A stretch of 64,000 nt of DNA, from NCBI GenBank assembly GCA_003971905.1, contig RSEE01000016.1, forward strand, positions 1 to 64,000, read 5' to 3'. Every line of letters begins with the position of its first letter. Within the stretch, counting starts at the first letter, position 1. The position numbers were made by a program, and so were the translations under genes. The stretch comes from Moniliella sp. 'wahieum'. Taxonomy: Eukaryota. Under the pieces are notes generated by a model. The model had not been told where the DNA came from. It saw only the letters and a list, made by a program, of their open reading frames with translations, and ran no database searches. This document shows, piece after piece, positions 15,129 through 28,000 of the stretch.

Positions 15129-15696
15129 CCGAGACCTGGCCCGTGTCGCACGCCTTTTCCGAGTCGGGGGGCGGTGGTGCGTCACGTCAAAGCCCTTCAA
15201 CCGGGCACTCGGATACCTCTCGCTCGATGTCCCAGATGCGCAACGAGCACCCGATTGAGCTTACGACGTTTTAACTGCACGCTAGCTACTTTGTTTGACT
15301 CTCTTTTGCACCTTCCCCCCTCTTTTTGTCCTTGGCCCTTTGGACCTGTCCCGAGTCTGTCGCGCCCACCCAGCGAGATCCCTTGGTACCTGTATAAGGA
15401 TCGCTTGTCTCCCCCGTTTCTCTGTTCCGTCTCATTTGCTCTGTGTTCATTCCATTACTGTTCTGTTTGCTCGAGGCGAAGGTACCCTATTCCATCTGGC
15501 GTGTTTTGGATGGCTTACGTGTCTGGACGGTGCAGGCAAGGGTCCATATGCATGTAGATACGACCCGATGACCGCATGATGACCGCATGATCGCGCCTTT
15601 TCCCTTCCTCGCGTTTGTACCCAAGGCAAGCGTTGGTGCCTAAGAGTTGTAGCGGGGCTTGGAGCAAGGTAGCTTGTAACCCTACTCAGTGAATAC

Positions 15697-15750
15697 TGAA
15701 GCTTGAAGCTTGAAGCTTGAAGGAGGTAGCTTGAAGCAGGTAGCTTGAAC
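15697..15750. repeat. Tandem 7-bp palindrome array (CTTGAAG)n upstream of the tRNA
   Basis: tgaagcttgaagcttgaagcttgaag followed by two further agcttgaa units. Confidence 0.9.
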
Positions 15751-15840
15751 AAGTGCGCACATAGGGTGAATGAAGAGCTCTTTTTGCTTTACATCCCTTG
15801 TCAAAAGGTGACACTTTCATTTGGTCCCGGCTCATAACAG

Positions 15841-15922
15841 TCTCCGATAGTTTAGTGGCTATGACACGTCCCTGTCAAACGGGCGTTCGGACGAGACCCG
15901 GGTTCGATTCCCGGTCGGAGAG
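15841..15922 (+). tRNA. tRNA-Asp(GTC) with a 10-nt intron (15878-15887)
   Basis: Acceptor stem TCTCCGA/TCGGAGA plus discriminator G; A-box TAGTTTAGTGG; anticodon stem CGTCC/GGACG with CT-GTC-A; T-arm CCGGG-TTCGATT-CCCGG. Confidence 0.93.
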
Positions 15923-15923
15923 A

Positions 15924-15930
15924 TTTTTTT
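15924..15930 (+). terminator. RNA polymerase III terminator of the tRNA-Asp gene
   Basis: T7 run immediately after the discriminator base. Confidence 0.8.
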
Positions 15931-16216
15931 GTGCATTGGCCCGTGCACTGACGAGACCGGGAGCATCACCGTGGCGCTGACATTGCAATGAACCTTGGAA
16001 TCCATTCCGTGCCCCATCCTTTCCCAAATCCCACATTGCACTACTTGATATATTCCCGGCTTACCAGTGCGCGCGAAACAGAGGAAACGACCAAACACCG
16101 TGCATCATGCAGCACGCGCCATGCGACTCTCCATCGCATCAACAATCGACGACGAGAGGAGCATGGCGCAACTGAAAAAGCCACCTTGACTACCACCCAA
16201 AGAGGCTGCCCAAAGG

Positions 16217-18560
16217 CTACCGCCCTCCGCCAGTCAGACTCATCACTTTGCCTTTGGATTTGGCCTTTTTGCCCTTGGCCTTTCCTCCTCCCCGGGAGGC
16301 CGAGGCGAGCGATCCCCAAACTTCGTCCCATTCGTCCGTACGCTTGGAGCTGGGATGGTCAGACAGGACAGCCCGGGTGCCCCAGACGGTGGTGGAGCCA
16401 GTGGCGGGCGCGGTACGAATGTAAGTGGCTGCCAGCTCCTCGTCTTCTTCGTGATCAGGCGCATGGGACGGCTGTAGTGGTGGGTCAGAGGTGGGTTCGC
16501 CTGGGGAGGGCTGGACAAGCTCCCCATCCAAGTCGGGAGGAACGTCCATTCCAGCCTCGCGCAGCGAGAGGGCCAACGCAGCACGAAGATCTGCATCCCC
16601 TTCTTGTTCTGGAGGCGCGGGTGCCGTTTGGCGCAGAGCGTGCCGGTGCACCCGGGCAGCCGGATCCAAGATGCGGTCCAGCTCGGAATCTGCCAATTTG
16701 GAGGAGCGGGCCAGGTCCAGGTCGGCCAGGTGCTCGGCGCGGAGCTTGCGCTGGTGTGCAGTTTGCCGTTGACGCAGGGCCGAACGGTACGGTGCCAAGT
16801 CCCCGCCAGAAGGACAGAGGGGTAAGAAAGGAGCGTGGTCTTCTGTCGCGGCAGCCACGTCGGAGTTGGGGGAGGATACAGAGAGGAAGGACGCGTATAC
16901 TGGTGCGTCGGTGGACGGCGTTGCACGTGGATCTAACAGCGAAGCAGGCCAATCGGCATGCAACAGAATCAGATGGCTACCCAGAGCTGGGGCCAAGGTG
17001 CGGAAACGCTTTTGGAGCGCGTGGTCCACCACCGTGTCTTCCTGCCCACCGAGGGCGGTAGATTTGCGCCCTGCCCTTGGCAAACGAAGGAGGAGGGTGT
17101 AAGGAACTCCGGCTATCGAGCGTGTCAGACGCTCAACAATGGAATGGTCGACGGGGTGGAGGTAGGTGGGTGCTCCGCCATCCGCTTGGTAAAACGTGAA
17201 CCCTGTTGGAGGGATGGGCCTTGTTCTCGGTGCATGCTCGGCAGCAGAGCTGGTTCGGGCCTGCTCGGCAAGCTGGTGTGTGATGCCGGTGGGCGAAGCC
17301 CATGTCGCTTGAGCTTGCTCGAGAGAAGACGTGATCATCGCAGTGGCTGCATCAAGGAAAGCAAGCGAACCGTCGGGATCTTGGTTGGCCACGCGTACGT
17401 CTTGAGCTTGGTCGGCCTGAGGTCCAAGGAGTTTACGTGCCAAGGCAGCATATGGCACCGGGGCGCCGGGGGGGAAAACAGGCGGAGTAGAACGGAGGAA
17501 GGAGGGCGAGTAGACTGGGTTGATGGTGGAATAGGCGAAGGAAGTGTAACAGAGAGGGTTTCCTCTCGTTCTTGCGCCACGGCAGCCAAGTCCGATCGGA
17601 GGTGGCTTAGCATATCAGCCGGCCGGGCCCGGAGCAGACGGGAAAAGACAGCATCAGGCTGAAAGGTGTAAGGGGAAGAGAAGGGTGGCCCTCGTGGTTT
17701 GCTGTCCCCCTTCCTTCGCTTTCAGCCGGAGGCCAATGTGGCGAGAGCGGAAGGGCGACTGTGCTGCCCTCGGGGCGGTACATGAGTCGCAGACATGCAT
17801 ACTCTTGATCCCCGCGGGGGGGGAGATCGGAGGGATGAAAGCGGGAAAGCACAGTGGTGTGCTCCTCTGCCTCATCCCAGATCCACACAGGACGCATATC
17901 AGACCCATACACGACGTCCCAGCAGACAGGACAATGCCGTGGTGTGCGGGCATGGCGGACCTTTTGGGCGAGTAGGCTAGCCGGAGGGCGTGGTGCTGCT
18001 GGGTCCTGGTCAGGGGCCAGGTGATGGAGTAGACAAGAGAGGCAGAAGATGTGGCCACAGCGGGTGATGGGGGCGCGGTGGGTGGGCTGAGACAGATTGG
18101 GCATACCGGCAGGTCAGGCTCATGGGCATGCTTGTCGGTAGAGCCAATGCTGGGGAGATGCGGATAGGACGCAACAGCCACCGCCACTACGACATCCCAA
18201 GGAGCGGGAACATCGGGTTCGGCAGAGCACGGGCATATTCCTCCTCCCGTCCCGGAGTGGGGTCGAGAATAAAGCGGAGACGAGGCTGGACGTGGACGCG
18301 ACGCTCGCGGCGAGCACGGCACCACCAGCGCCCGAGAGGTGCTGGTACGAGCGACCATGGTGGGTGGCGGCGCGCGGCGGCGGAGTGAAGGCAAGGAGAT
18401 GGCTGAGCGACTGCCCGTTGTGGCGGGTGCGCCATGGCCGGCGGAGGGGCGGGCCGTGTGCGGCGGTCGTAGGGACAGGGGGGGCGAGGAGTGGCCGTTG
18501 CGTTGCGGTTTCTTATTCGAAGGCGAGGGCCAGCCGCCACCAGTTGAGCGGATGGGCAAC
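16217..18560 (-). CDS. MAG2: RING-finger E3 ligase, Mag2/RNF10 family; frameshifted; start uncertain
   Basis: CPICLSPP..APITRCGHIFCLSCLLHHL...CPVCWD RING, LRLMYRPEGSTVALP, FTFYQADGGAPTYLHPVD, ALQKRFRTL, basic C-terminus GKKAKSKGKVMSLTGGGR. Confidence 0.8.
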
Positions 18561-18829
18561 AGTCCATTCCCCGCTCGCCTGTGGTTCCGCGTTCGTGCTG
18601 AATCATTTCATTTGGCGGGCTAGCTTGGGCACGTGACGCGTGACATGTGGCATGCATGACAGGCGCTTGCCCCGATCCACCGTCCTGCGTCCCCGACTTG
18701 CGACTTTTTGAAACGGATTGAGCGGGGCAGGGGCTTGTGTTGCATGCTGCTCCTGCCCACAGCACTCGATATTCACCTCCACTCCATCCCGGCCCTTGTC
18801 CGCCCCCCACGTCCGACCGACCGGCAGCC

Positions 18830-20295
18830 ATGGCAGCGGAGCCCCGCCCTCTGTTTACTTTCTTGCCCTCCAGCCAGCCCGAAGTGGTGCGGGCGTTTGA
18901 GAAGGACGCATACTACGCCGCCCACTATGTCCGTGCACTGCGCGAGGCTCTCCGGACCCTCCTGGGCCCCCGATTCCTGGCCGCCCCTGGGCGGGGGGAG
19001 ACGATCGCTGCGCTGGGCACAGCCGCGTATATGCTCCTGTCCACCGCCAGTGCCGATCTGCCTGCATCTGCGCCCCGCTCCTCGGCTCCCAGCGTAGGCG
19101 AGGAGTACGTCGGGGCCCTGGCGGTGGAACAAGGTGTTCGCCCCGCAACATGGCGTCGCCGGGCGCTATGGGCGCTAGCCCAATCTCTCTTGCCGTTTCT
19201 GGCATTGAGGGTGTATGGTGCATTTACGCGCCGGGCCCACTTGTTAATTATGCGCCGTACGCAAACCCTGGCACGTGCTCGCGCACGCTGGGCTGCTCGT
19301 CTCCCACCTTCCCAGCGGATGGTGGCCTTTGCCCTCGCCGCTCGTTCAGACGATCCTGCGATCGACTCGTTCAGCCACCATGTTCAGTCCACCCTCGCGT
19401 CTCTTCCCGAGGGAACGCAACCAGTCCCGACAGATCGCTGGCTTCGTATCTTGGTCCGGCTACGGACTCTCCTACCGTCAGTGAGCCGCTTGCAATCCCT
19501 TGCGACTCACTTGAGCGCCCTCCACCTAGCGATCTTTTACCTCAATGGCAAATACTATACTTGGGGACAAAGGTTTTGGGAGGTTCGCTTTCTCTCAGCT
19601 GCCTCCATGGGCCGGCAACCTAGACCGGGGGGACGACCACCTTCTTATGCGTTGTTGGGAGTGCTTCTTCTGATTCAGTTGGTCGTCAAGGCCCTTCGCT
19701 CCCTTCCCCTCTTCAGTTTGCTTCGTACTGCTGCGGTCCACGCGGGGCTGCTACGGTCCAAAAAGGAAGGCGCTTTGTCGGCGTTCGAATCGGGAGAAAC
19801 GGCTGTCATCGCCATCGAAGGGGAACGGTACACACTCCAACATGGGGCTGCGGTGCGACTGGGTCCCTCGCATGCTGGCCCCGAAACACTTCTTGCGCTC
19901 CAGAAAGAAGGGGACGAGACAAGGGGCCAGCCGGCGAGAGAGGGGAGAGGTGCCAGTGGTACCGCTCAGTTTCCCCGACCCCGGTGGAACCTTGTGGCCC
20001 CAGTTGGAACCAGCCGATGTGGACCAAGACGAAGAAAGCCTGCAAGCGGCACAAGAGAGGGCACAGGACTTGGCGCATCGGGCGGAGGAGACGCTTCGAT
20101 CGGGCGGAGGAGACGCTTCGCTGTACACTCTGCATGGACAGGCGGGTACCACAAGTGGGCACCAGTGCTGTGCTCGAGTGCGGACATGTGTTTGATTGGG
20201 ACTGCATTGTTGGCTGGGCGCGCGAAAAGTCAGAATGCCCACTTTGTCGCCAGTCCATCGCTCCCCAGCGCATCTGGCCCGTATACAACCTATAA
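18830..20295 (+). CDS. PEX10: Peroxin Pex10 (Pex2/12 N-domain plus C-terminal RING); frameshifted near 19980
   Basis: FLPSSQPEVVRAFEKDAYY, SVGEEYV, LHLAIFYLNGKYY, PSYALLGVLL, CTLCMD...ECGHVFDWDCI..W..EKSECPLCRQ. Confidence 0.92.
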
Positions 20296-20321
20296 TGTGA
20301 CTGTGGAGCTACAATGGCGCA

Positions 20322-20423
20322 TCGACGTCCACATCCACGTCCACATCCACGTCTACATTCACGTCCACATTCACGACCATATCTACGTCCACAACTACGT
20401 CCGCATCCCCACCCGCATCCACA
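20322..20423. repeat. Degenerate 12-bp (two 6-bp halves) tandem repeat CACGTCCACATC just 3' of PEX10
   Basis: gacgtccacatccacgtccacatccacgtctacattcacgtccacattcacgaccatatctacgtccacaac. Confidence 0.85.
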
Positions 20424-21300
20424 ATCGTTTGCGGGGCATAATATAACACTCAGTACAAGCTTGAAATAGAAAGACTATAGTAGGATGCCAGCGTTTAGTC
20501 CTGCCTAGAGACCCGTATAAACTAATGTGATAGTTTACAGTTCCATACTCACCCTTCCATAATGTACGTGCTATTAGATTTGGGAAGACTAAAGCGGCCC
20601 ATGACACCTACGTGCATGACCTAACGGCTATATATACGACGCCTCTGAAACGCCAAGAAATAGAATTGCATCGGCGGCTGAAGTAGTCGGATTGTGAGAA
20701 GAGCGCCAAGTCCCACTGAAGGGACTCGCCCGAGATTCGTCCTTCCTCCCAGCGACCATGACGACACGAGAGCACGGCACCAGCAAGACGGTGAGAAAGA
20801 TGTTTTGATCGCTGGAAAGAACTGGCTGAAACAGCTCCATGGAGATGGTTCGTCAGGTGCTCCCATGTTCGTAACGCTACTCATCGACTCATCCCTCTAT
20901 ATATACCCACAAGGCCGGGTCGGGTTGGAATATGATGACGAGAACCACAGAGGGCCCTGACCAGCTGGCGATGCCATTCACCTCCTGATTGGGTGAGCGT
21001 GAGTTGACAGGAAACACGGAGGAATGAGCGCTCAGGGCCCCTATAACGAGCAAAGCGCTTTTGTTGTCCCCGTTTCGGTTTTGCAAATGCTACGGATTCG
21101 GTGGCTGTACAGATAGATAGATCAACTAGCCAAGTCAAATAGGATAGCCAACAGGTGGTGGCATTGCGCAATGTTGGAAGACGAGATGCATGTGACCATC
21201 GTCGCATGCAGCGCACCACCAGGGCATACCTGACACAACCTTTCTCACTCAGTACCCAAAGTACTCCGCAGTCAAAACGACAAAAAGGCACCAAACCGCC

Positions 21301-21530
21301 GCCCCAGTATCTTCAGCTCTTCAGCGCCGCCTCAGCGCTCAGCCTGAGCAGGCTTCAGAGCTTCAGCCCGGCAGCCAGTGCCCTCAGCGGCAGCACAAGA
21401 TATAGGAAGGGCCTACCTGTATATATAGCGGAAGTGTTCAACCAGATGGCGGCTGAAACGCCCACTGACTCAGCAAGGCTCAGCTCCTAACAAGGCTGAG
21501 AGCGCTGAGGCGCTGAGGCGCTGGGCAGCC
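21301..21530. repeat. CTCAG/CTGAG-rich segment with imperfect inverted repeats (possible MITE relic)
   Basis: cgcctcagcgctcagcc (21328-21344) versus ggctgagagcgctgaggcg (21494-21512), whose reverse complement is cgcctcagcgctctcagcc. Confidence 0.45.
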
Positions 21531-22489
21531 GACGCGCTAACGCACCGAAGGTAGTAGGCATTTTCTGAACCAGCCAGTACTGCATGACTTGCTTCAAGCT
21601 TCAAGCTTCAAGCTTCACGCGCGCTTCACGCCTGAAGCTCTTGGCGCTTGTCGATGATCGATGAAGCTTGGCCTTTCTCGGCGGGGTCTTACATCCTGAA
21701 CGACTAGAGACCCGAACGTGGATGATCGATGACACGGCCAATGGTATAACCAGTAACCGGAGCAATCGAGTATAGCATTATCGAGGAGCCGGGATCCTGA
21801 AGCTTGAAGCAGGGAACCCCACCAGGCTGTTGGGCCGGTGTGGCGTTGGGGCGTGTGCGGGCAGGCTGGCCAGACAGCGTATGCGTGTGGAGGGCGGCGG
21901 GGATGTGAAGGAGATCGCCAATGCACATCGCGATGGCGGGGCCGAGGATCGGGAGTGGAGGAGGGGCCGAGATCCCGCGGAACAGCGGGGCGGAATCACC
22001 TGCCCAGACCCCGACCGCTGAGGGCGAACCTTGGCTGGCTGGGCCGCTGAGCCTCAGCCGCGGCAGGCGCTCGGCGCCCGCACGCGGCCAGTGTTGGGCG
22101 CACATGCACGTCCCCGCCGTCTCCGACATGCCAGTGCATGACACCGCACGGGGCAGCGCTGTGTCTCGCCGGGCGAACGCAGGGAGGCACGGGGCCAGTG
22201 CAGGCACACTGGGCTGGCGCCGCCCTGCGCAGCCCCAGCCGCACTCGCCGCACTCAGCCGCACTCAGCAGCACGCCGTACTCAGCAGCACTGCCACCCCG
22301 GCCACGATAAATACCGATGACCTCATCCGGCCCTGCCGTAGCCCTCGCCAGCGTCATCGGCACCGCCATCCGCACCCACATCGACGTGCATCGTCCGCAA
22401 CGTCGTCATCCACGCGCACCCTTCTCGCCCTTTCGGCCCGCAGCCACCATCACTCCCGCACCCGCTGGCCCCCTCCCGCCCCTCCTCCC

Positions 22490-24422
22490 ATGGGTTCGTC
22501 TTCCGCCCATCGTTCGTTGACCTCATCTCTGCTGAACCGCTCGCTGACCTCTGACTTCATTGCCCTCTTCGTCGTCACCTTCGTCATCTGTGTGCTCTGC
22601 TCTTTGTTGCCCGGCGCTGCACTGTGCTCTGCTGTGGTTCCTGCCTTTGCTGTATGTACGCTATGCCATCATCTCCACCCTCGTCACCCCCCACGCCTCT
22701 GCGTTGGCCCACAGCAGACTCCGACGCACCTCCGGCGCGTGCCTCGCGCCTCGAGCTTGAGCCCAACCCCTTTGAGGTCTCCTTCAAGTCCCCCGCGACG
22801 TCTAGCCAAAATCTGTCTGGCTCGCCTTCCAGTCAGAACCCTGCCGCCGAGGCGCGTCCGCGGTCGCGCTCCCCCTCGGCTGCGCTCGCCCGACCTCGCC
22901 GGCCCGTGGTGACACACACAAACAAGACGCGTCCAACGCGTCCAACCCCAAGGCCGACTCGGCCTCAAGCCCCGCACGTGGTCCTGCACAGAGTGACGCA
23001 GCTGGCAGTCCCCCTGGTTCGACGGGAGCATCCAAAAGTCTACCGGGCATAACTGCCCTTACCTCTCCCTCTGACGGGAACAACCCGTTCAACTGGGTCA
23101 CTTCCTCTCTTCGCGACGGACCCTTGAGTCCGGCGATGCTTGGGGCGCCCTCAGTGTCTCAGCAAGGGTTTGACGTGTCCGCCTTCCGTACCGGCCTCAC
23201 TCCCGACTTGTCCAACTTCAAGACGGGTCTGACCCCTCTGGGGCCCGGAATGAGCTTGCCCCCCACCAGCCCCAACACCGCTGCGTTTCTTGCTATTGTC
23301 TCTTCCAACGGGGCCGCCAATGTTCATTCGGGCACGGTGAATGCCAACACTGGCATGCTCAGTATTTCAGCTAACCCTGCTGGCTCCAGCGCACCGGGTA
23401 CGTTGACCCCCAACACGCTCAACGCCCTGACCAACGCCATGTCGGACACCCAAGCTCCGACAGACTACTTTTCCGGACGCGGCTCTGGTTCTGGTTCCAC
23501 GTCTGCTGGACCCAGTGATCGGCCAGGATCGCGTCTGCGCAACTCGATCGTTCCTGACGAGTTGGAGGGACAGCCAAACAACGTTAGTCCTCACCTTATG
23601 CAGGCCCCACCTGGTCCGGACCAACGGCCCAACCCTTCTTCCGACCATTCGGCTGCACCGGGACTGTACCTTCTTAGCCAGGCTCACCACGAACTGTCCA
23701 AACGTGATGCGCTTAACCCTACGCAAGTCCAAGCCAAGAGCAGCGCTCGTGGTAGCACCAAGCGCAAAAAGGCCAGCCCCACCACGAGTGCTGCTGACCA
23801 AGCAGAGAGCGGGCGGAGCAAAAGTCGTTCTGCTGCTCCGGCCAAGCGGGCACGTACGGAGACCAAGCGGGGCCGAGGCAAGGCGTCGGTTGCCAAAGAG
23901 GAGGAAGGCAGTGGCGAATCCGATCCGCCTGGTTCTCCTTCCCAAACCGCCGACAACGACGAGGAGAAGCGCAAACTCTTCTTGGAGCGTAATCGGCAAG
24001 CAGCACTCAAGTGCCGACAGCGGAAGAAGGCATGGCTTCAAACTCTCCAACAAACTGCCGAGGAGCTGCGACGCGAAAACGAATCGCTCACGTCAACCGT
24101 GGGGGTGCTGAAGCAAGAAATTGGGTACCTTCGTGCCCAATTGGTGCAACAAATGCAGTTGGTGGGGGCGCGAACCCGGCGGGGGCGGGGGCTACGTTAC
24201 AGGAGCAGCAGGCGCAAGCTCAGCGGGCAGGCGCAGGCACACGCCCCTGCGTCCCTTGGGCCACCGGGGAACTACCTCCCCCCGCTTGGCAGGCCAATGT
24301 TCCCTCCCACCCGGGGCCTGGAGGCGGGAGGTTACCCGTATGGCGCCATCCCACCTCCCCCGCCACCAAGTTTTGTACCGGCAGGTATGGCTGTGGATGG
24401 CAAGAAAATTGACGTGCAATGA
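22490..24422 (+). CDS. ATF1: ATF1/Sko1-type bZIP transcription factor; 4-nt first coding exon, intron 22494-22714
   Basis: LELEPNPFEVSF (OSM motif), SLRDGPLSPAML, RTGLTP, bZIP EEKRKLFLERNRQAALKCRQRKKAWL; ATGG|GTTCGT...ACAG|CAGAC gives MADSDAPP. Confidence 0.9.
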
Positions 24423-25065
24423 GGGACGAGCCTGCCTGCTTCATTGTCCCATTCTGTTTGGTTCCCTTGGCCAGGCCACTGCGCTGGCTGTTCCCTGTTG
24501 TCACCTTTGATTATTTTCGTTACTGTTCTTATGGATCCAGATGCTTGTGTGTCAATATACGGTGTCGATACGATGTTTCGATCTGCAAAACCTTTTGTTG
24601 TCTCCAGTGTGCTTTCGTCTGGAACTGTATATTTGTTTTGGGCACAAGCTTGGAACAGTTGCTGCATGTCTCTCCATCTGGTCATGTAACTTCCGGCGAA
24701 GGTGAGGCCAGGGCGGAGAGCTTATATAGGAGGCAAATCCACGGCGGAAGCGCACGCTGACCACTTGGATATGAGGTTTTGGGGGGAGAAAGCGGGGCTC
24801 ATACATAACTGATAGCTTCTTTGAACCTTGACTTGGGGCACAGTTCGCTTACTGTCTATCCGTCTTTCTGTCAAACCATTCCACCCCTCTGCGAGTTGGT
24901 TGAACGTTGATACCAGTATATTCACCCGTTTTCCTTGACGGCTCTGCCTGAGTCATGGGCCATGGGCCATGAAGGCATGACGAGCAATCATCAACCTTCC
25001 CCCTACTGCGCTTTGCAGTCTTTAAAAAGGTGTACCAATAAACATGCGACATGGACGTATCCTAG

Positions 25066-28000
25066 CTACTGATCTTGAGGCCGCGCTTCCATTTGCGCTA
25101 AAGACGCACTAGGTGTTTCGCGGCGATAGGTGTTGGGTCGACGGCGCACCGAGCTTTCGCCGCCGAGGGGCGCGTTGCGTCCCTCCACAGGTGACACTGA
25201 CGCCGACGTGTCTGAGCTCGGTTTCCCACTAGCCCGATCACCCCCGAGCTCGCGATCCGATCCGCTATCGTCCTCCCGTTCGGCAACGACCGGACCCGTG
25301 AGCGACATACGGCCCAGAACGCTGGCCCATTGCGAGAGCCTATACCGATCGAGTGTATCAAGTCTTCGGGCCACGTGGGGGGGTGGAGCTTCAGCGGGAC
25401 CAAGTTCATCCAGGGTGGCGGCTGGCGGCGAGTTGGTAAGATCGAGGGTGACCATCGCCTCGGGCGAAGCAGTGTGAATCGTCTGCGTGCTGTTTTCCCG
25501 CTCCAACAGATGTGGCAGTTCCAACGTTGACTCGTGGGAGATGGGCGACGAGCCCATCCGTTGCCACGCCGACGTGGACGTCTCCATGATGGGGGAAAGC
25601 GCCGGAATAGCGTCCTCGCGTGATTCGGAGGGTAAGATGGGGACCAGCTGCAAGGGGGCCGATTTCCCAGTAGCGGGTCTTGAGTGACGGTGACTTCCAA
25701 TGGTACCGTCCCAACAGAAGGGGCGAGGTTCAACGCCTCTTCTCGTTGCTGAGCACGGCGCTGGGCCAGGAAGTGTTTACGCATGTAGGAAGTATGGAGG
25801 ATACCCTTGACCCGCTCGAGGGAGATGCGACGTTCAATGAGCTCCAGTTGGGCTTTACGCTGAACCAGGTCCGACACCTCCAACGCTTGTACCTCCGTGA
25901 CCAACTTGTACGAGGCAAGGATAAGCAAGACTTGGTTGAAGGAGACGCCACGCTTCTCTTCATCGGGCGAACTCTGCTCGTACGCAATGATCATCTCTTG
26001 GTAGATCCGGTTGAACCGGTGTCGCCGCCGCCTCACGTCTTCCACATCGATGGCGTTAAGACAGGCATGCAGCGCTGTAAGGTTCACCTCCTTTGACTCA
26101 GCTGGGTTAACGACGGGATGGCGCTTCCGCTGGAACAGCTTGCCACTGCTCTGCCAGATCCGCCTGTCCGTGCCGTCCCACCTGTTCTACGCGAACCCCC
26201 AGTTCGAGCCGATCGAAGCGAGGCGGCATCCGACGGAGTGAGTAGTAAAGCAGCTGGCCATGATAGACGGCACACTCATCTCGCCCCCGTAAATCTTGAC
26301 ATCCAACGCACCTGTAAGGCGATGAAGGAAAGGGACAATCTGCTGTCGACGAAGCATGCCCGTGCGGTGTGTGTCAAAGTCGGCCCAAGTGGACTTGAAC
26401 TGGCGCATTTGCCGACGCGTAAGAAGAGATTTGCCGCCCAAGTGGAATACGTAGGAAAAGTTTTCGACAACGGTACCGGTGAACATGTTAAGGAAGATGT
26501 ACATAGAGATGATGTTCCACGAGATGAAGAGGAACAGTGCCCAGCCGGGACTGCCACAGTCTGAGAGCAAATAGCTGTCGTTCGGAAGGCAGAGAGGTAC
26601 ACCCATGCTGTAGTCGTGCATGTACTGGTTCCAGTTTTCCCCTGTCGACATCATAATGAGGAAGACAATTGCGTTCCCCAGCGAGGAAAAGTTCTTGCGG
26701 TAGGTCTCGTTCGGCCCCCAGCGTGTCAGACCAAAGATCTCCATCATCATCAGTCCCCAGACGAGGAAAAGGACTGTCCAAGGGCAAAGATGGAGATGAA
26801 ATGTGGCAGGCTCACTGCGGCCGTGCGGAAGAGCTGGTTAAGACTGTCTACCCGCTGGACCAACTTGAAGCACACCGCGCAAACAAAGAACTTTTGTGCA
26901 TCTCGTGCACGGTAGTTGCCCACGTCGGCAAAGAGGATGGAAGTGCACACTAGCACACCAGTAATCGTCGCCACGTCGAACCAGTTCCACCAATTCAGAA
27001 CATATGCCCGGCCCCCTAAACCAATGAGGTGGGTAAGCGTCTCGACCAAGAGCATCAATGCGACAAAGAGGTAGAATCCGTCTGCACCGTTTCACCACAG
27101 TCAGTCCTTCTGTCCAACAAAACATCTCAGAACCAAGAAGGAAATCGTCACGTACATCGAGTAAAATCGGCAAAATAGGGCTGGCCATACGCGTCCGTCA
27201 TAAGCACAATGACGTTGAGGGTATAACTGAAGGTAAAGATGCGGTTGAACCAACCGTCTTTACGGACCGAACGGTCAAAGCACCACCGCCGGAAAGGGTG
27301 AGATGGACGACGGATCGGGCGCTTGGCCGGCCTTTGCTTTGCAATGAGACGTTTGAGGTCGATCCACTGACGCTGTTCGGTGGTCAAGTATGCCGTACCA
27401 GAGAGCGTGCGGAAGTTCTCGATAATCACGCTGACAAAGAGCGTCAAAACAATCACAGCTCCAACCAAATTGTAGACAAAAAAAGAGGGCATTGACGGGG
27501 GTGCTTCCCGGCTGTAGTTGACGATCTCTACCGGCGATGGACATGGAGGTGAGCATCACGTCGATCCAGCCTAAAGAAGCCATGTAACGAGTCAGAGTCA
27601 AATCATCAGCCGAAAGTAAGGAGAAAAAACGTACCTTCCAGACTGACAATCTCAAAGAGAATCAGCAGAGCCGAATGGAAGTTGTCAAATGAATACTTCG
27701 ATCCCTGGGTGGGATTGGCCCACGTACGCGGGGCGAGGAAGGTCCAAGAACCAACGGGGCTAGCCAAGTATTCGCCCTGGCATTGGTGCTTGAAGAGCAT
27801 GTCATCCGATGTGTCGTTGCACGAGTAGAGCATACCAGCAAAGAGATTCTGTCCCCAAATGGCAAAGGGGATGATGTACAAGACGGCCAAAAGAGAAGCC
27901 TGAATCATACGCTGAATGCCCTTGCCAAACAGGTGCTCACAAGTAAGACGGATGTGCTTGGACAAACTGATGAAGCGGAGGGGACGGAAAGCCCGCGATG

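Noticed and set aside
20295..20446. His-rich HIHVHIHV tail on the 569-aa Pex10 ORF as a metal-binding domain
   Set aside because: It arises only because a frameshift skips the real RING frame, which stops at 20295; it is a 3' tandem repeat.
22317..22520. Possible uORF overlapping the ATF1 start
   Set aside because: Its ATG lies directly after a TATA-like ATAAATA (~22307) and is probably upstream of the TSS; it cannot be supported without transcript data.
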